From assembly GCA_965602015.1 (NCBI GenBank), contig OZ271918.1, positions 1,856,001 to 1,920,000 of the forward strand: a stretch of DNA of 64,000 nt, read 5' to 3'. The notes under the pieces were generated by a model that saw nothing but the letters and a program-made list of their open reading frames with translations, had not been told where the DNA came from and searched no databases. How positions within the stretch are numbered: position 1 is the first letter of the stretch; the number at the start of each line of letters is the position of its first letter. Position numbers and translations under genes: made by a program. Of this stretch, positions 1 through 9,525 are shown piece by piece. The stretch comes from Salinispira sp. GTDB taxonomy: Bacteria; Spirochaetota; Spirochaetia; DSM-27196; Salinispiraceae.

Positions 1-207
1 GAATATATCCTCCGCCATGCCCCCGTATGTGAAATTATCTTCCTGATTCCTGGTGTCCCGCATTGAATCGAGCATCATCTTCACAAAAAGTGATTCAAAT
101 TCCTGGGCAACTTCTTCAAGTTGTTCGCGGTTTCCCGCCGACTCAATGCGCGGCAGATTTGTATTGCTGTTGAGGGCGTCTAACCGGCTTAAGGCTATAT
201 CAGACAT
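1..207 (-). CDS. flgJ: Flagellar rod-binding protein FlgJ-like (N-terminal part, runs off window)
   Basis: Manual translation from ATG at 207: MSDIALSRLD...QLEEVAQEFESLFVKMMLDSMRDT...YGGMAEDIF, the Rod-binding motif; directly downstream of flgG. Confidence 0.85.
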   Translation of the reverse strand, partial: MSDIALSRLDALNSNTNLPRIESAGNREQLEEVAQEFESLFVKMMLDSMRDTRNQEDNFTYGGMAEDIF

Positions 208-221
208 TGTTCGATCCTATC

Positions 222-1016
222 CTATCTCTTAAGATTCGCGGCTATGCCCAGCATGGTGTCCGAGGTTTGAATCGCCTTGGAATTGAACTCGTATGCCCGC
301 TGTGCCACGATCATGTTAACCATTTCCTGGACGGTCTGTACGTTGGACATTTCCAAAAACTTGTGGATGGTCTTTCCCATACCATCGAAACCCGGTTGGC
401 CTCCGATGGGGTCACCCGACGCATTGCTGACCCGGAAAAGATTTTCTCCAATGGCCTGAAGGCCGGCGGGGTTTACAAAGCGGTAGAGCTCCAGCTGCCC
501 CACATCAAGGGGGTCATCCTGACCGGGGACCCGTACGGTCACCAGGCCGTCGGCGGATATGGCGATGCTGTCCCGAATAAATCCCTCGGGCATAATAATC
601 TCGGGAAGAACCCGGTAGCCGTTGCTGGTTACCAGTTGACCGTTGCTATCGATTTTAAATGCTCCGTCCCGGGTATAACCGAAGCTGCCGTCATACTGCA
701 GCGTTCGAAAAAAGCCCTCGCCCTCTATGGCGATGTCGCTGACATTCCCGGTATTCTGGAGAGAGCCCTGGGTAAAAATCTTCTGGGTTGCCGCAACCCG
801 CACCCCGTGTCCAACCTGGACGCCCACAGGCACCAGGGTCTGTTCGGTTGCCGGAGTGCCGGCGGTGCGCTGGGTCTGGTACAGCAAGTCCTCAAAATCC
901 GGACGGTTCTGTTTAAAACCCGTGGTGTTGACGTTTGAAAGGTTGTTCGAGATGGTGTCGATGTTAAACTGCTGGCCGATCATTCCTGACGCCGCAGTCC
1001 ATAGTGATCTCATCAT
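222..1016 (-). CDS. flgG: Flagellar basal-body rod protein FlgG
   Basis: MRSLWTAASGM, SNNLSNVNTTGFK, YTRDGAF, LEMSNV...EMVNMIVAQRAYEFNSK. Confidence 0.96.
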   Translation of the reverse strand: MMRSLWTAASGMIGQQFNIDTISNNLSNVNTTGFKQNRPDFEDLLYQTQRTAGTPATEQTLVPVGVQVGHGVRVAATQKIFTQGSLQNTGNVSDIAIEGEGFFRTLQYDGSFGYTRDGAFKIDSNGQLVTSNGYRVLPEIIMPEGFIRDSIAISADGLVTVRVPGQDDPLDVGQLELYRFVNPAGLQAIGENLFRVSNASGDPIGGQPGFDGMGKTIHKFLEMSNVQTVQEMVNMIVAQRAYEFNSKAIQTSDTMLGIAANLKR

Positions 1017-1060
1017 ACCCTATCGCTCCCCTATGTATTCAGCGCGCGCACGCGCGCCTC

Positions 1061-1927
1061 TTAGAATCTCATTGCCTGATTTATTAGTTTATCGGTGGCC
1101 TGATCGTGGGACTGAATCACCTTTTGATTGGCTTCGTAGGCCCGGTTGACCTCGATCATTTTCACCATTTGCTTGATGGCATTTACATTGCTTGTTTCCA
1201 GGAAGCCCTGGCGAACCAGCGCCCTGTCTTCCCCCTCGGCGACAAAGGCGTCGCCGCTATCCCAGGTGGTTCGGTACAGACTTGATCCCTGTTTTTCAAG
1301 ATAGCGTTCGCGATCCACATGCACGATGCGTAGGCGATCGACCTGAACGGTATTCGCCCAATCGTTCTCGGTGATGGACACCAGCCGCCGGGGATCTTCA
1401 GCGAAGTCATCGTTCTGAAAAATTCTCCCCGACTGATCCACGATGAAGTTATTCAGTTTTACGCTTACCGGACCGTTTTCGCCGAGGACCGGGTAGCCTT
1501 CTTTGGTAACCAAAAGCCCCTCGGGACCAATGTGAAAGCTGCCGTTGCGGGTGAGCCGCTCGCCGTATGGGGTCTGAACGGTAAAGAATCCGTCGCCTTC
1601 CAATGCGAGATCAAAGGGATTGGTGGTTTCTTTGAACGAGCCCTGGGAAAAGACCGTATAGACCTCATTTTGTTCCACGCCGGTTCCCAGGGTTCCCACA
1701 ACCGGAGCCCGGTCCACCGAACCCAGGTGAGGCGCGGTCCTGCTTATCGGCAGATGGGTTTCCTCCACCTGCATTCTGCGCAGAAGGAGTTCGGGAAACG
1801 CCTTGTGAACCGAAAGGTCTTCCTTGTATCCGGTGGTATCCACATTGGCCAGGTTGTTTGAAATCGTATCCATGCTGTGCTGTTGAACCACCATACCGGC
1901 GGCTCCGGTATACATTCCGCGTATCAT
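1061..1927 (-). CDS. flgF: Flagellar hook-basal body rod protein (FlgF/FlgG family)
   Basis: MIRGMYTGAAGM, SNNLANVDTTGYK, TRNGSF, GFLETSNVN...RAYEANQK; lies upstream of flgG. Confidence 0.85.
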   Translation of the reverse strand: MIRGMYTGAAGMVVQQHSMDTISNNLANVDTTGYKEDLSVHKAFPELLLRRMQVEETHLPISRTAPHLGSVDRAPVVGTLGTGVEQNEVYTVFSQGSFKETTNPFDLALEGDGFFTVQTPYGERLTRNGSFHIGPEGLLVTKEGYPVLGENGPVSVKLNNFIVDQSGRIFQNDDFAEDPRRLVSITENDWANTVQVDRLRIVHVDRERYLEKQGSSLYRTTWDSGDAFVAEGEDRALVRQGFLETSNVNAIKQMVKMIEVNRAYEANQKVIQSHDQATDKLINQAMRF

Positions 1928-1934
1928 ACTCCGA

Positions 1935-1961
1935 ATATCGGCGGGAATGGATTTTTATGTA
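1935..1961 (-). promoter_or_regulatory. Putative sigma-28 (FliA-type) promoter for flgF-flgG-flgJ
   Basis: Minus strand TACA-N15-GCCGATAT (consensus TAAA-N15-GCCGATAA), 7 nt before the flgF ATG. Confidence 0.6.
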
Positions 1962-1982
1962 GCTTATTGCTACTATAATTAC

Positions 1983-3107
1983 ATGATAGTTCATCACATC
2001 CGCCGCACATCGACCGGCGCCGCAATGCTATTCACCGCAATTTTGGTATTCGGAGGCTGCAACCTGCTCACCGAGCTCGGGGTCCCCGGGCTTCAGGGGC
2101 CGCAGGCGCCGGTGGCCGTGGTAACTGCCAGCCAGGGTATAGCATTCGCCAGCCTCATCGACCCGGGAGTTCCGGTCATTGTGGATTTGAGCTCGAGCTT
2201 TGACCCCAATGAAGACCCCTTCGGAATAAGCTGGCAGCTGACGGTACCCGAGGGGTCCTCCTCACAGCTCGTGACCTCGGCGGGAAGCCGCGGCGAGTTT
2301 ACTCCCGTGGTCGGCGTGGAGGGAACATATGTTCTGTCGGCGACCCTGAGCGACGGCCGCCTCAGCAGCGAATACAGCATTACCCTGAATACCCCCGCGA
2401 GCGGGAACGTAAGCGGCAGCCTCGCTCAAGCGGAGGCCGGCTGGAACTTTGACGGCAACACCGCGGACCTGTTTAGCGAAGGAGTCCCCCGCAGCGAATT
2501 AAACGGTGGAGGCGGAGTATACGATGAAGACCGCTACGGTCTTGCTTCGTCGGCCCTCCTACTCTCAACAGCCAACAGCTATTTTTACGGCGGCAGCCCG
2601 GGAGAACTGATTCTCTCCCCCGCCGATGCGACCAACGGCGACTTCAGCCTGTCAGTATGGATATACTTTTCCGTCTTACCAGCTGACGGCAGCGCGATTG
2701 TATCTTTTGATGACGGTGATGCCGCTACAGCTCCGGGCTGGCGCCTGGGCAGCGATTCCAGCGGCAGACTCGGAGTCGTGGCGGACAGCGATCAGTTCAT
2801 CGGCGGCATCGCCGATCCGGCGGCGACATTTGAGGTCAACAGCTGGTATCACCTGGCCATTGCCTACGATCAGGACGTCAGCCAGCTGGATATATACCTG
2901 GATGGAGAACCTGTCGCCGAAAATGTGAGCGTAGGCACCGCTCTTGGCGCCATACACAATACCGCCGGTCAGATGCAGATAAACGGCCAGGGTGCGGCGG
3001 TGCCGGGTTTTACCGGACGACTCGATGATCTGGTTATTTTTAATGCGGTGCTGTCGCAGGAAGAGATAGATCTTCTGGCGGCCTACGAAGCCCCCCCGCA
3101 GAACTGA
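1983..3107 (+). CDS. Putative lipoprotein with Ig/PKD-like and LamG/concanavalin-like domains
   Basis: Hydrophobic stretch ending VFGG-C; SWQL...YVLSATLSDG Ig-like repeat; FSLSVWI, WYHLAIAYD, IYLDG, FTGRLDDLVIFNAVLS LamG motifs; start uncertain (1947/1983/2025). Confidence 0.75.
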   Translation: MIVHHIRRTSTGAAMLFTAILVFGGCNLLTELGVPGLQGPQAPVAVVTASQGIAFASLIDPGVPVIVDLSSSFDPNEDPFGISWQLTVPEGSSSQLVTSAGSRGEFTPVVGVEGTYVLSATLSDGRLSSEYSITLNTPASGNVSGSLAQAEAGWNFDGNTADLFSEGVPRSELNGGGGVYDEDRYGLASSALLLSTANSYFYGGSPGELILSPADATNGDFSLSVWIYFSVLPADGSAIVSFDDGDAATAPGWRLGSDSSGRLGVVADSDQFIGGIADPAATFEVNSWYHLAIAYDQDVSQLDIYLDGEPVAENVSVGTALGAIHNTAGQMQINGQGAAVPGFTGRLDDLVIFNAVLSQEEIDLLAAYEAPPQN

Positions 3108-3749
3108 TTAGCGCTCCCGGCGGCGGCTTTGAACAAATCTCTTGAGATCGTGAATATTTCGCACCATGATGCGACCGGGGGTTACCTCGATTTTATTCTG
3201 GGTAATAAGCTGATTGATGATGTCACGGGTTTTTTCCGGGGAGATACCCGCCCAATGTGCCACGTCATCGATTGACACCTCAAAGACCTGCTGATTCCGT
3301 TCAGCCTGATCGGCGGGAAGCTGTTCGCTGAGCATGAGAAACACATCGGCGATCCGGGCCTGGTTGTCGTCCAGGGTGAGTATCTGAAAACGCCGACGCT
3401 GATCGTAAATCCGTTTGGTAAAGAGCTTCAACAGCTTGGTGGCAATCTGAGGATTGCCCTGCAGCAGAATCTCAAAATTCTCCCGGTTGAACTCCAGGGC
3501 CTTGACCCGGTCGAGGGCGATGGCGCTTGCAGAGCGGGGAGCTTCTTCCAGAATCGCCATCTCTCCGAAAATTTCCCCGGGGTAGAGAACGTCGATGGTT
3601 TTTTCGATGTCCCCCATAATTTTTGAGATTCGTACCCGGCCTTCCTGTATCAAGTAGAAAGCGTCGCCGGGCTCGTACTCGCAAAATATGATGTCGCTTT
3701 TTTGAAAATTCACTGCGAAACGCTCGAAGGCCGCGGTGTTGAAATTCAT
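3108..3749 (-). CDS. Crp/Fnr family transcriptional regulator
   Basis: cNMP-binding GEIFGEMA...PRSASA and C-terminal HTH (DDVAHWAGIS). Confidence 0.9.
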   Translation of the reverse strand: MNFNTAAFERFAVNFQKSDIIFCEYEPGDAFYLIQEGRVRISKIMGDIEKTIDVLYPGEIFGEMAILEEAPRSASAIALDRVKALEFNRENFEILLQGNPQIATKLLKLFTKRIYDQRRRFQILTLDDNQARIADVFLMLSEQLPADQAERNQQVFEVSIDDVAHWAGISPEKTRDIINQLITQNKIEVTPGRIMVRNIHDLKRFVQSRRRER

Positions 3750-4759
3750 GCCTTGCCCTCCAGTTTGCGGATGGCCGCGTTGGCTTTTCGACGGTTTGCT
3801 TCGTCGATGGACGGCAGCTGCAGCGCCCGTTGATATACCTTGGCTGCCTGGGCCCGGTCGCCTGAGTGGGCATATGCTTCGCCGAGATACACCAGAGCTT
3901 CGGGCACCCGGCGGTTATCCGAATTATTCTGGATGTATGCCGACAGGTGTTTCACGCAGGTCTCGCTTTTTCCCAGTCCCAATAACGCCTTCGCCATTTC
4001 GATATTAGCATCGTGAAAGTTACCGTGCTTTGGACCTTTTTTAATGATGTCCGCAAGGATTTCCGCCGCCCTGAGGTAATCCTGCTGACCGAGAAAGCTT
4101 TCGGCCTTGTAGTACTCCTGCTCTTCCTCGCTGAGTTGAGGCTTTTCCTTCGGCGCAAGGTTTGGATTATTTCCCGCGGCCTGCGCTCCGGCGATAATCG
4201 CCGGCCCCCTGCCCCGTCCGTACTGCTGGGCATACTCTTCTGCAGTCTTTAAGTAGCCCGCAGCCCGGGAAACATAGGCTCCTGAGGGAAAGTGTTCCAG
4301 GTATTTTCTCAACGTGTAGATGGCTTCGGGATACGCCTGCTTCTTCAGGTAGTACTCCGCGATTTTATACAGCCCGTCCTCGGGAACTTCCCGCTTTCCC
4401 ATCGCCAAAAGATTGCGAACCTTCCCGTGTATTCTCCGCAACTGATTGCTAAAAACCTTGAGCATTTTCATGATAATGCGGGTATTTTTACTGACGAGGA
4501 TTTCAAATTCCGGCACGGTGAACATGAGGCATTCGCTGTCCGACAGTACAATGGCGTCTTCCTCCCGGGGATAATGGCCCAGGGCCGACTTCACTCCGAA
4601 AAACTCGCCGGTGCGAATCAGATCGGTAAGCTCTTCACCGGTTTCGATGTCAACGGATTTGAGAATGATCTTTCCGGATTGGAGGATGTAGATCTTATCG
4701 CCCATATCCCCGGTGAAATACACCACCGAGTTGGCATTGTAGCGCATCGCTTTCGGCAC
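3746..4759 (-). CDS. Cyclic nucleotide-binding domain plus TPR protein
   Basis: GEFFGVKSALGHYPREE cNMP domain followed by TPR-like helices; overlaps the Crp gene by 4 nt. Confidence 0.85.
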   Translation of the reverse strand: MPKAMRYNANSVVYFTGDMGDKIYILQSGKIILKSVDIETGEELTDLIRTGEFFGVKSALGHYPREEDAIVLSDSECLMFTVPEFEILVSKNTRIIMKMLKVFSNQLRRIHGKVRNLLAMGKREVPEDGLYKIAEYYLKKQAYPEAIYTLRKYLEHFPSGAYVSRAAGYLKTAEEYAQQYGRGRGPAIIAGAQAAGNNPNLAPKEKPQLSEEEQEYYKAESFLGQQDYLRAAEILADIIKKGPKHGNFHDANIEMAKALLGLGKSETCVKHLSAYIQNNSDNRRVPEALVYLGEAYAHSGDRAQAAKVYQRALQLPSIDEANRRKANAAIRKLEGKA

Positions 4760-4849
4760 AGAAACTCCTAAAATCTACAATAATTGCTCGGCATGCTAAA
4801 ATCAAGCGTTTGTTGCCAATGCGGCGTATTGAGAATATGCTGACCTTAC

Positions 4850-5680
4850 ATGGCCATCCACGAACTACATTGTCACAGCACCGCATCCGACGGCAGCCTT
4901 AGTCCCGCGCAACTGGTCACCCGGGCTTCGCAGGAAGGTTTGGCGAGCATTTGCATAACCGATCACGATACCATTGCGGGAATCGAAGAAGCCGAGAATG
5001 CCGCAGCCACCCTCGATCTTGAGGTGATCCCCGGCATCGAGATTGAGATTTCTCATCCCTCAGGGGCATTTCACCTGCTGGGACTCGGAGTTCGTTTTCA
5101 CAAGGGAATTTTGGATGATATCCTTCCCCGCATCATACAAGACCGGGAAATGAGGAACCGGACAATAGCAAAAAAGATGGGGCGCATCGGCGTTCCCGGC
5201 TCGTACGCCGATGTGGTCAAACTTGCCCGGGGAACTGTGGTCGGCCGCCCGCATTTTGCCGAATATCTCATTCTGAAGGGATTCGCCGTCGATACCGCCG
5301 ATGCCTTTGAGCGCTTTTTGGGACCCGGCCAGCCCCTGTACACGCCCCGGGAAGGCATTCCCCTGGATGAAGCCATCGAAAAAATCCATCTGGCAGGGGG
5401 GAAGGCCGTAATAGCCCATCCATCGAGTCTCCATTTGAGCTGGTCAAAGCTACGGCGGGAGCTGGCCGAATGGGTAACCCTGGGCCTTGACGGACTGGAG
5501 GCATTTCATTCCTCCACAAAATACCGGGACGGCCTGAAGTTTCAGGCCATCGCAAGAGATTTTGGTATCCTGGCCACGGCGGGAAGCGATTTTCACCATC
5601 CCGATCAGCCCCACAAGCGCTTAGGGCACCACAGCATTGAGCAGATGGAGATCGGCGATGAGTTTCTGGAGGGATTGTGA
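4850..5680 (+). CDS. PHP-domain metal-dependent phosphoesterase (YciV/TrpH-like)
   Basis: HELHCHSTASDG, TDHDT, GRPH, AHP, GSDFH. Confidence 0.92.
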   Translation: MAIHELHCHSTASDGSLSPAQLVTRASQEGLASICITDHDTIAGIEEAENAAATLDLEVIPGIEIEISHPSGAFHLLGLGVRFHKGILDDILPRIIQDREMRNRTIAKKMGRIGVPGSYADVVKLARGTVVGRPHFAEYLILKGFAVDTADAFERFLGPGQPLYTPREGIPLDEAIEKIHLAGGKAVIAHPSSLHLSWSKLRRELAEWVTLGLDGLEAFHSSTKYRDGLKFQAIARDFGILATAGSDFHHPDQPHKRLGHHSIEQMEIGDEFLEGL

Positions 5681-6624
5681 CAGGCTCCCGGGAGAGGTCA
5701 TGGGCAAACAGATTTCGAGCTTCCGTTTTTACACTGCTGCTTCAAAGTCTATTTATCATTCTCCCCGTTAACGGACAGAGTTTTCCCGAACTGGAAAGCC
5801 TTACCAACAGCGATCCCATCTTCCTTCAGATAATAGATGACATTCAGGCCTTTTACCGCTGGGAGGCCGGGGTTGAAGAGTCGCCGCGGCTGAGCATCTA
5901 TCACTACCGGATCGCAGAATCCGACACCCTGTTTTCCCTGGCCGCGCGATTAAATCTTCCTCAGGCAAGTCTGGCGACCATTAACCGGCTGGACAACCCT
6001 GACCTGCCTCCCCCGGGAAGCCTCATACGCGTACCGAATATCCCCGGCATTTTTATCCCCGAGACCGCGGTAAGCGATTTCGAGCGGATACTCAGTTCCC
6101 GAATACGGGAGGACGGAAGCTTCGAGCTGAGCGAGGTCTTCCGCATTCCCGGCAAGGACGGAACCACCGAAGCCTGGCGATTTATTGTGGCCGGTGATTT
6201 TACATCCCTTGAGCGCCGGGCCTTCCTTCAGGTGCTGTTCCGCGATCCCCTACCGGGAAGCCGGATTTCATCACCTTACGGTACCCGGCTGAGCCCCATA
6301 ACCGGCCGTCCCCAGTTTCACATGGGAATCGATATGGTTGCGCCGGCGGGCACCGAGGTCGGGGCCAGCGCGGAGGGATCGATAATCGACCGGGGTTTTG
6401 ATCCGATTTATGGAAACTACCTCAGCATCGGGCATCCCGGGGGCTACGAGACCACCTATGCTCATTTGGATGAAATGTTTCCGGTTATCGGGCAGACCGT
6501 GAGGAGCGGAGAGCGTATCGGGACGGTGGGCTCCTCCGGGCTTTCCACGGGATACCATCTTCACTTCGAAATACGATATTTAAAGCGGAATCGCGATCCC
6601 CAGGACTACATTCGTCGGGATTAG
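5677..6624 (+). CDS. LysM plus M23 peptidoglycan endopeptidase
   Basis: DTLFSLAARLNL LysM; HMGID, YAHL, STGYHLHFE M23 motifs. Confidence 0.9.
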   Translation: MTGSRERSWANRFRASVFTLLLQSLFIILPVNGQSFPELESLTNSDPIFLQIIDDIQAFYRWEAGVEESPRLSIYHYRIAESDTLFSLAARLNLPQASLATINRLDNPDLPPPGSLIRVPNIPGIFIPETAVSDFERILSSRIREDGSFELSEVFRIPGKDGTTEAWRFIVAGDFTSLERRAFLQVLFRDPLPGSRISSPYGTRLSPITGRPQFHMGIDMVAPAGTEVGASAEGSIIDRGFDPIYGNYLSIGHPGGYETTYAHLDEMFPVIGQTVRSGERIGTVGSSGLSTGYHLHFEIRYLKRNRDPQDYIRRD

Positions 6625-6653
6625 GATTTTTTTTGCTATTGCGTGCTTTTCTA

Positions 6654-6682
6654 TTAACGTTTTGGCGGGAATTTACGATAAT
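6654..6682 (+). promoter_or_regulatory. Putative sigma-70 promoter for candidate sRNA
   Basis: TTAACG-17 nt-GATAAT immediately before the structured region. Confidence 0.5.
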
Positions 6683-6686
6683 AGCA

Positions 6687-6781
6687 GTGTCGGCCGGGGT
6701 ATAGTTCCCCTCCCAGTTTGCTATATTTCCTGGTCGATACCCTTAAGGGTTGGCCGGTTCTAACGAACCGGCCTTTTTTTT
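6687..6781 (+). ncRNA. Candidate small RNA with C-rich (anti-SD-like) loop and intrinsic terminator
   Basis: 13-bp stem (4 G-U pairs) plus 5-bp upper stem enclosing TTCCCCTCCCAGTTTG; followed by a terminator; no credible ORF. Confidence 0.6.
6752..6781 (+). terminator. Intrinsic terminator
   Basis: GGCCGGTTC-TAAC-GAACCGGCC followed by T8. Confidence 0.9.
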
Positions 6782-6813
6782 ACTGCTGTCCCTTTCCTGC
6801 CGCCCAATCCCGA

Positions 6814-6843
6814 TTGACATTCCTTCGGGGAACGGCGTAATCT
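6814..6843 (+). promoter_or_regulatory. Putative sigma-70 promoter of the PBP1A gene
   Basis: TTGACA-18 nt-TAATCT, 9 nt before ATG 6853. Confidence 0.55.
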
Positions 6844-6852
6844 CTACCCTGT

Positions 6853-9489
6853 ATGGCTTTATCTCAAAAAGGAAAAACCCGAATAAAAATTATCGCCGGA
6901 GTACTGGCGTTTTTTGTTGTGGCTTTTGCCGCCGTAATCGGCATCGCCATCGGTTCGACATATAACCTCGAAGGACTCAGCGATTTTAATGAATCCAGCG
7001 CCGCCCTGCCGACTCAGGTCTACGACCGGGACGGGCGCCTGATTACGGAATTCTTCTCCGATGAAAAGCGCGAGTTGATATCCATCGAAGAACTCCCCCG
7101 CCACCTTATATACGCGGTAATTACCCGGGAGGACCGGAACTTCTTCGAGCACTGGGGCGTCAGCATTACCGGCACCACCCGGGCGGCCATCGGTTATTTC
7201 ACCGACAATTTTGTCGGCGGCGGTTCAACCTTGACCCAGCAGCTGGCCACCATGCTCTATCTCGATAAAAGCGATGTGAGCGTCAGTCGGAAACTGCGGG
7301 AAATATGGATAGCCCTTCAGCTTGAGCGGAACTGGTCGAAGAACGAGATTCTCGAGGAATACCTCAATAAATCATGGTTCGGTCACAACACCTACGGGGT
7401 GGAAGCCGCCAGCCAGTTTTTCTTCGGACATTCGGCCCGGGACCTGACAATCGCCGAGAGCATGATGCTGGCGATCCAGCTTTCTTCCACCAGGCGATAC
7501 AGCCCCCTTGTTAACCCCAATGTGGCCCGGGAGCGCCAACGGGAAATGCTCAATGAGATGGTGGTCCAGGGCTATGCGACGCAGGAAGAGGTGGACCGTT
7601 CCTTCGATGAATTCTGGGCGAACTACGATTATACCCGCTCGGGGACCACGACAGCCTTTTTCGAACGCCAGGACCGGGCACCGTACTTCAGCGAACATGT
7701 GCGCTTCCTCCTGGAAAACGAAATTCTCCTGGGAAGTTCGGACATTTATCGGGACGGATACAGCGTCTACACCACGCTGGACCTGGAGTATCAGGACATC
7801 GCCCGGGAAGAACTTCAACAAGGCATAGCCAGCGCCAACGAAATCTACGACCGCAACACCGCCGCCAGGGCGAGTTTTGCCACCGAGGTGTTCGTTCCGG
7901 TTATAGACCTGCTGTCCTTGGGTTTTGATGTAGAGCAGCTTAGGGTCGCCGGTGAAAAACAGCTGCAGGGAGCCAAGCAGTATTTTCAAAATGAACTGAC
8001 TCCCATGGTCGATATGCTCACCCTGCTTACCGACAGCACAAATGTCGGCGGCCTGCGGGAGCTCACCGCCGTAAGTTATGAGTCCAAGGAAGAGAACCAG
8101 AAGCAAAATACCGTCGAAGGGGCCATAATTTCCCTCGAGAACGACACTGGTCACGTTGTCGCCATGATAGGCGGCAACCGCTTCGAGCAGACGAACCAGT
8201 TTAACCGGGCCCTCCAGGCATCGGTTCAACCGGGGAGTTCCTTCAAGCCGCTGTACTACGCAGCGGCCATCGAAGAGGAAGTGGTCACCCCGGCGACCAT
8301 GATCTACGACAGCCCGGTTGTGTTCTGGAACGATGACGGAACTCCCTACACTCCCACAAATTACCGGGGAGAATGGGACGGTCCGGTGCTCACCCGATAC
8401 GCTTTGGCAACAAGTATGAATGTTCCTTCCTTGAGGATCTTGAGCAGGCTCGGATTTGACGACGCCATCGACATTACCTCCCGGCTTTTAAACATCGACG
8501 AGCGGGACCAGGTTGGTCACGGGCTGGTACGCAAGTATCCCATTGGCCTCGGGGTTATTTCCGTGTCGCCGATTATGATGGCCCAGGCCTTCGCCACCTT
8601 TCCCAATGAGGGGCGCAGGGTTACTCCGCTGTTTGTCCGCTACGTCGAAGACCGGACAGGCCGGATAATCGCCGAGCCTGAGAGGCAGCTACGGGAAGAA
8701 CAGGCAAGAATGGGGCGGGAGCTTCAAATAATCAGTCCCCAGACCGCGTACATGATGACAAACATGCTCGAATCAACCATCGATTACGGCACCCTGGCGA
8801 ATCGTCGCCGTCTTGTCGGCGGATTCGACGACATGCCCATTGCCGGAAAGACCGGCACCACCCAGAACTGGTCTGCCCTATGGACCGTCGGCTTCACTCC
8901 CTATTACACCACCGCGGTGTGGATAGGCTTCGATGAGGGTAACAATTCCCTCGGCGTTAACCAAACGGGAGCCGTCACCGCCGGTCCGATTTGGGCGTGG
9001 TACATGAAACGGGTACACGAGGGCATGCAGCCCCGGCCGTTTGTCAGACCCTCCAGTGGCTTGGTCGAACTGGAAGTCACCAGCCGAAACGGACTCCTGC
9101 CTCCGGCGGGATTCCAGGGCTCGACCTACACGGAAATTTTCAGGGAGGGTACCGAACCCCGGGTCTTCGACAGCAGCGAGCAGTTTTACCAAAATGTCGC
9201 CGAGAGCGGAACCCAGAAACTGGAAGTGAATATTCAGGAAGGCCGCCTTGATATCAGCACCATAAACGGGCGGAATATCGGTTCGGCGAACTTCGGCCTG
9301 GAACTCAACCTGGATCTCTCCTTGACACTCGATCCGCTGGTCTTTCCTGATCAGGCGGAGAGCTCCCAATCGCTGAGTTTTGACGATGATTTTTCAAATC
9401 CGTTTTTTGATGACGAGGAAGACCGGGATCTTATTCCGCCCGAGGGCGGCAGTACCAGTGACGACGGTTTTAACCCGTATTTGGACTGA
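6853..9489 (+). CDS. mrcA: Class A penicillin-binding protein 1A
   Basis: N-terminal TM; EDRNFFEH and GGSTLTQQL transglycosylase motifs; SSFK, SMN, KTG transpeptidase motifs; acidic tail. Confidence 0.93.
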   Translation: MALSQKGKTRIKIIAGVLAFFVVAFAAVIGIAIGSTYNLEGLSDFNESSAALPTQVYDRDGRLITEFFSDEKRELISIEELPRHLIYAVITREDRNFFEHWGVSITGTTRAAIGYFTDNFVGGGSTLTQQLATMLYLDKSDVSVSRKLREIWIALQLERNWSKNEILEEYLNKSWFGHNTYGVEAASQFFFGHSARDLTIAESMMLAIQLSSTRRYSPLVNPNVARERQREMLNEMVVQGYATQEEVDRSFDEFWANYDYTRSGTTTAFFERQDRAPYFSEHVRFLLENEILLGSSDIYRDGYSVYTTLDLEYQDIAREELQQGIASANEIYDRNTAARASFATEVFVPVIDLLSLGFDVEQLRVAGEKQLQGAKQYFQNELTPMVDMLTLLTDSTNVGGLRELTAVSYESKEENQKQNTVEGAIISLENDTGHVVAMIGGNRFEQTNQFNRALQASVQPGSSFKPLYYAAAIEEEVVTPATMIYDSPVVFWNDDGTPYTPTNYRGEWDGPVLTRYALATSMNVPSLRILSRLGFDDAIDITSRLLNIDERDQVGHGLVRKYPIGLGVISVSPIMMAQAFATFPNEGRRVTPLFVRYVEDRTGRIIAEPERQLREEQARMGRELQIISPQTAYMMTNMLESTIDYGTLANRRRLVGGFDDMPIAGKTGTTQNWSALWTVGFTPYYTTAVWIGFDEGNNSLGVNQTGAVTAGPIWAWYMKRVHEGMQPRPFVRPSSGLVELEVTSRNGLLPPAGFQGSTYTEIFREGTEPRVFDSSEQFYQNVAESGTQKLEVNIQEGRLDISTINGRNIGSANFGLELNLDLSLTLDPLVFPDQAESSQSLSFDDDFSNPFFDDEEDRDLIPPEGGSTSDDGFNPYLD

Positions 9490-9525
9490 TATAGCCCGGC
9501 GGCGGGGAGTAACGAGGAGCGAGTT

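Noticed and set aside
207..938. Long antisense ORFs (e.g. 207-938, 7372-8229, 11609-12589, 18908-19777, 20067-21311)
   Set aside because: They are shadow frames opposite well-supported genes, expected in GC-rich DNA, and show no recognisable motifs.
6687..6781. GGGAGGGG on the minus strand as an RBS for a small type I toxin peptide
   Set aside because: No ATG/GTG/TTG at suitable spacing after it, and the G-U pairs and T-tail favour a plus-strand RNA.
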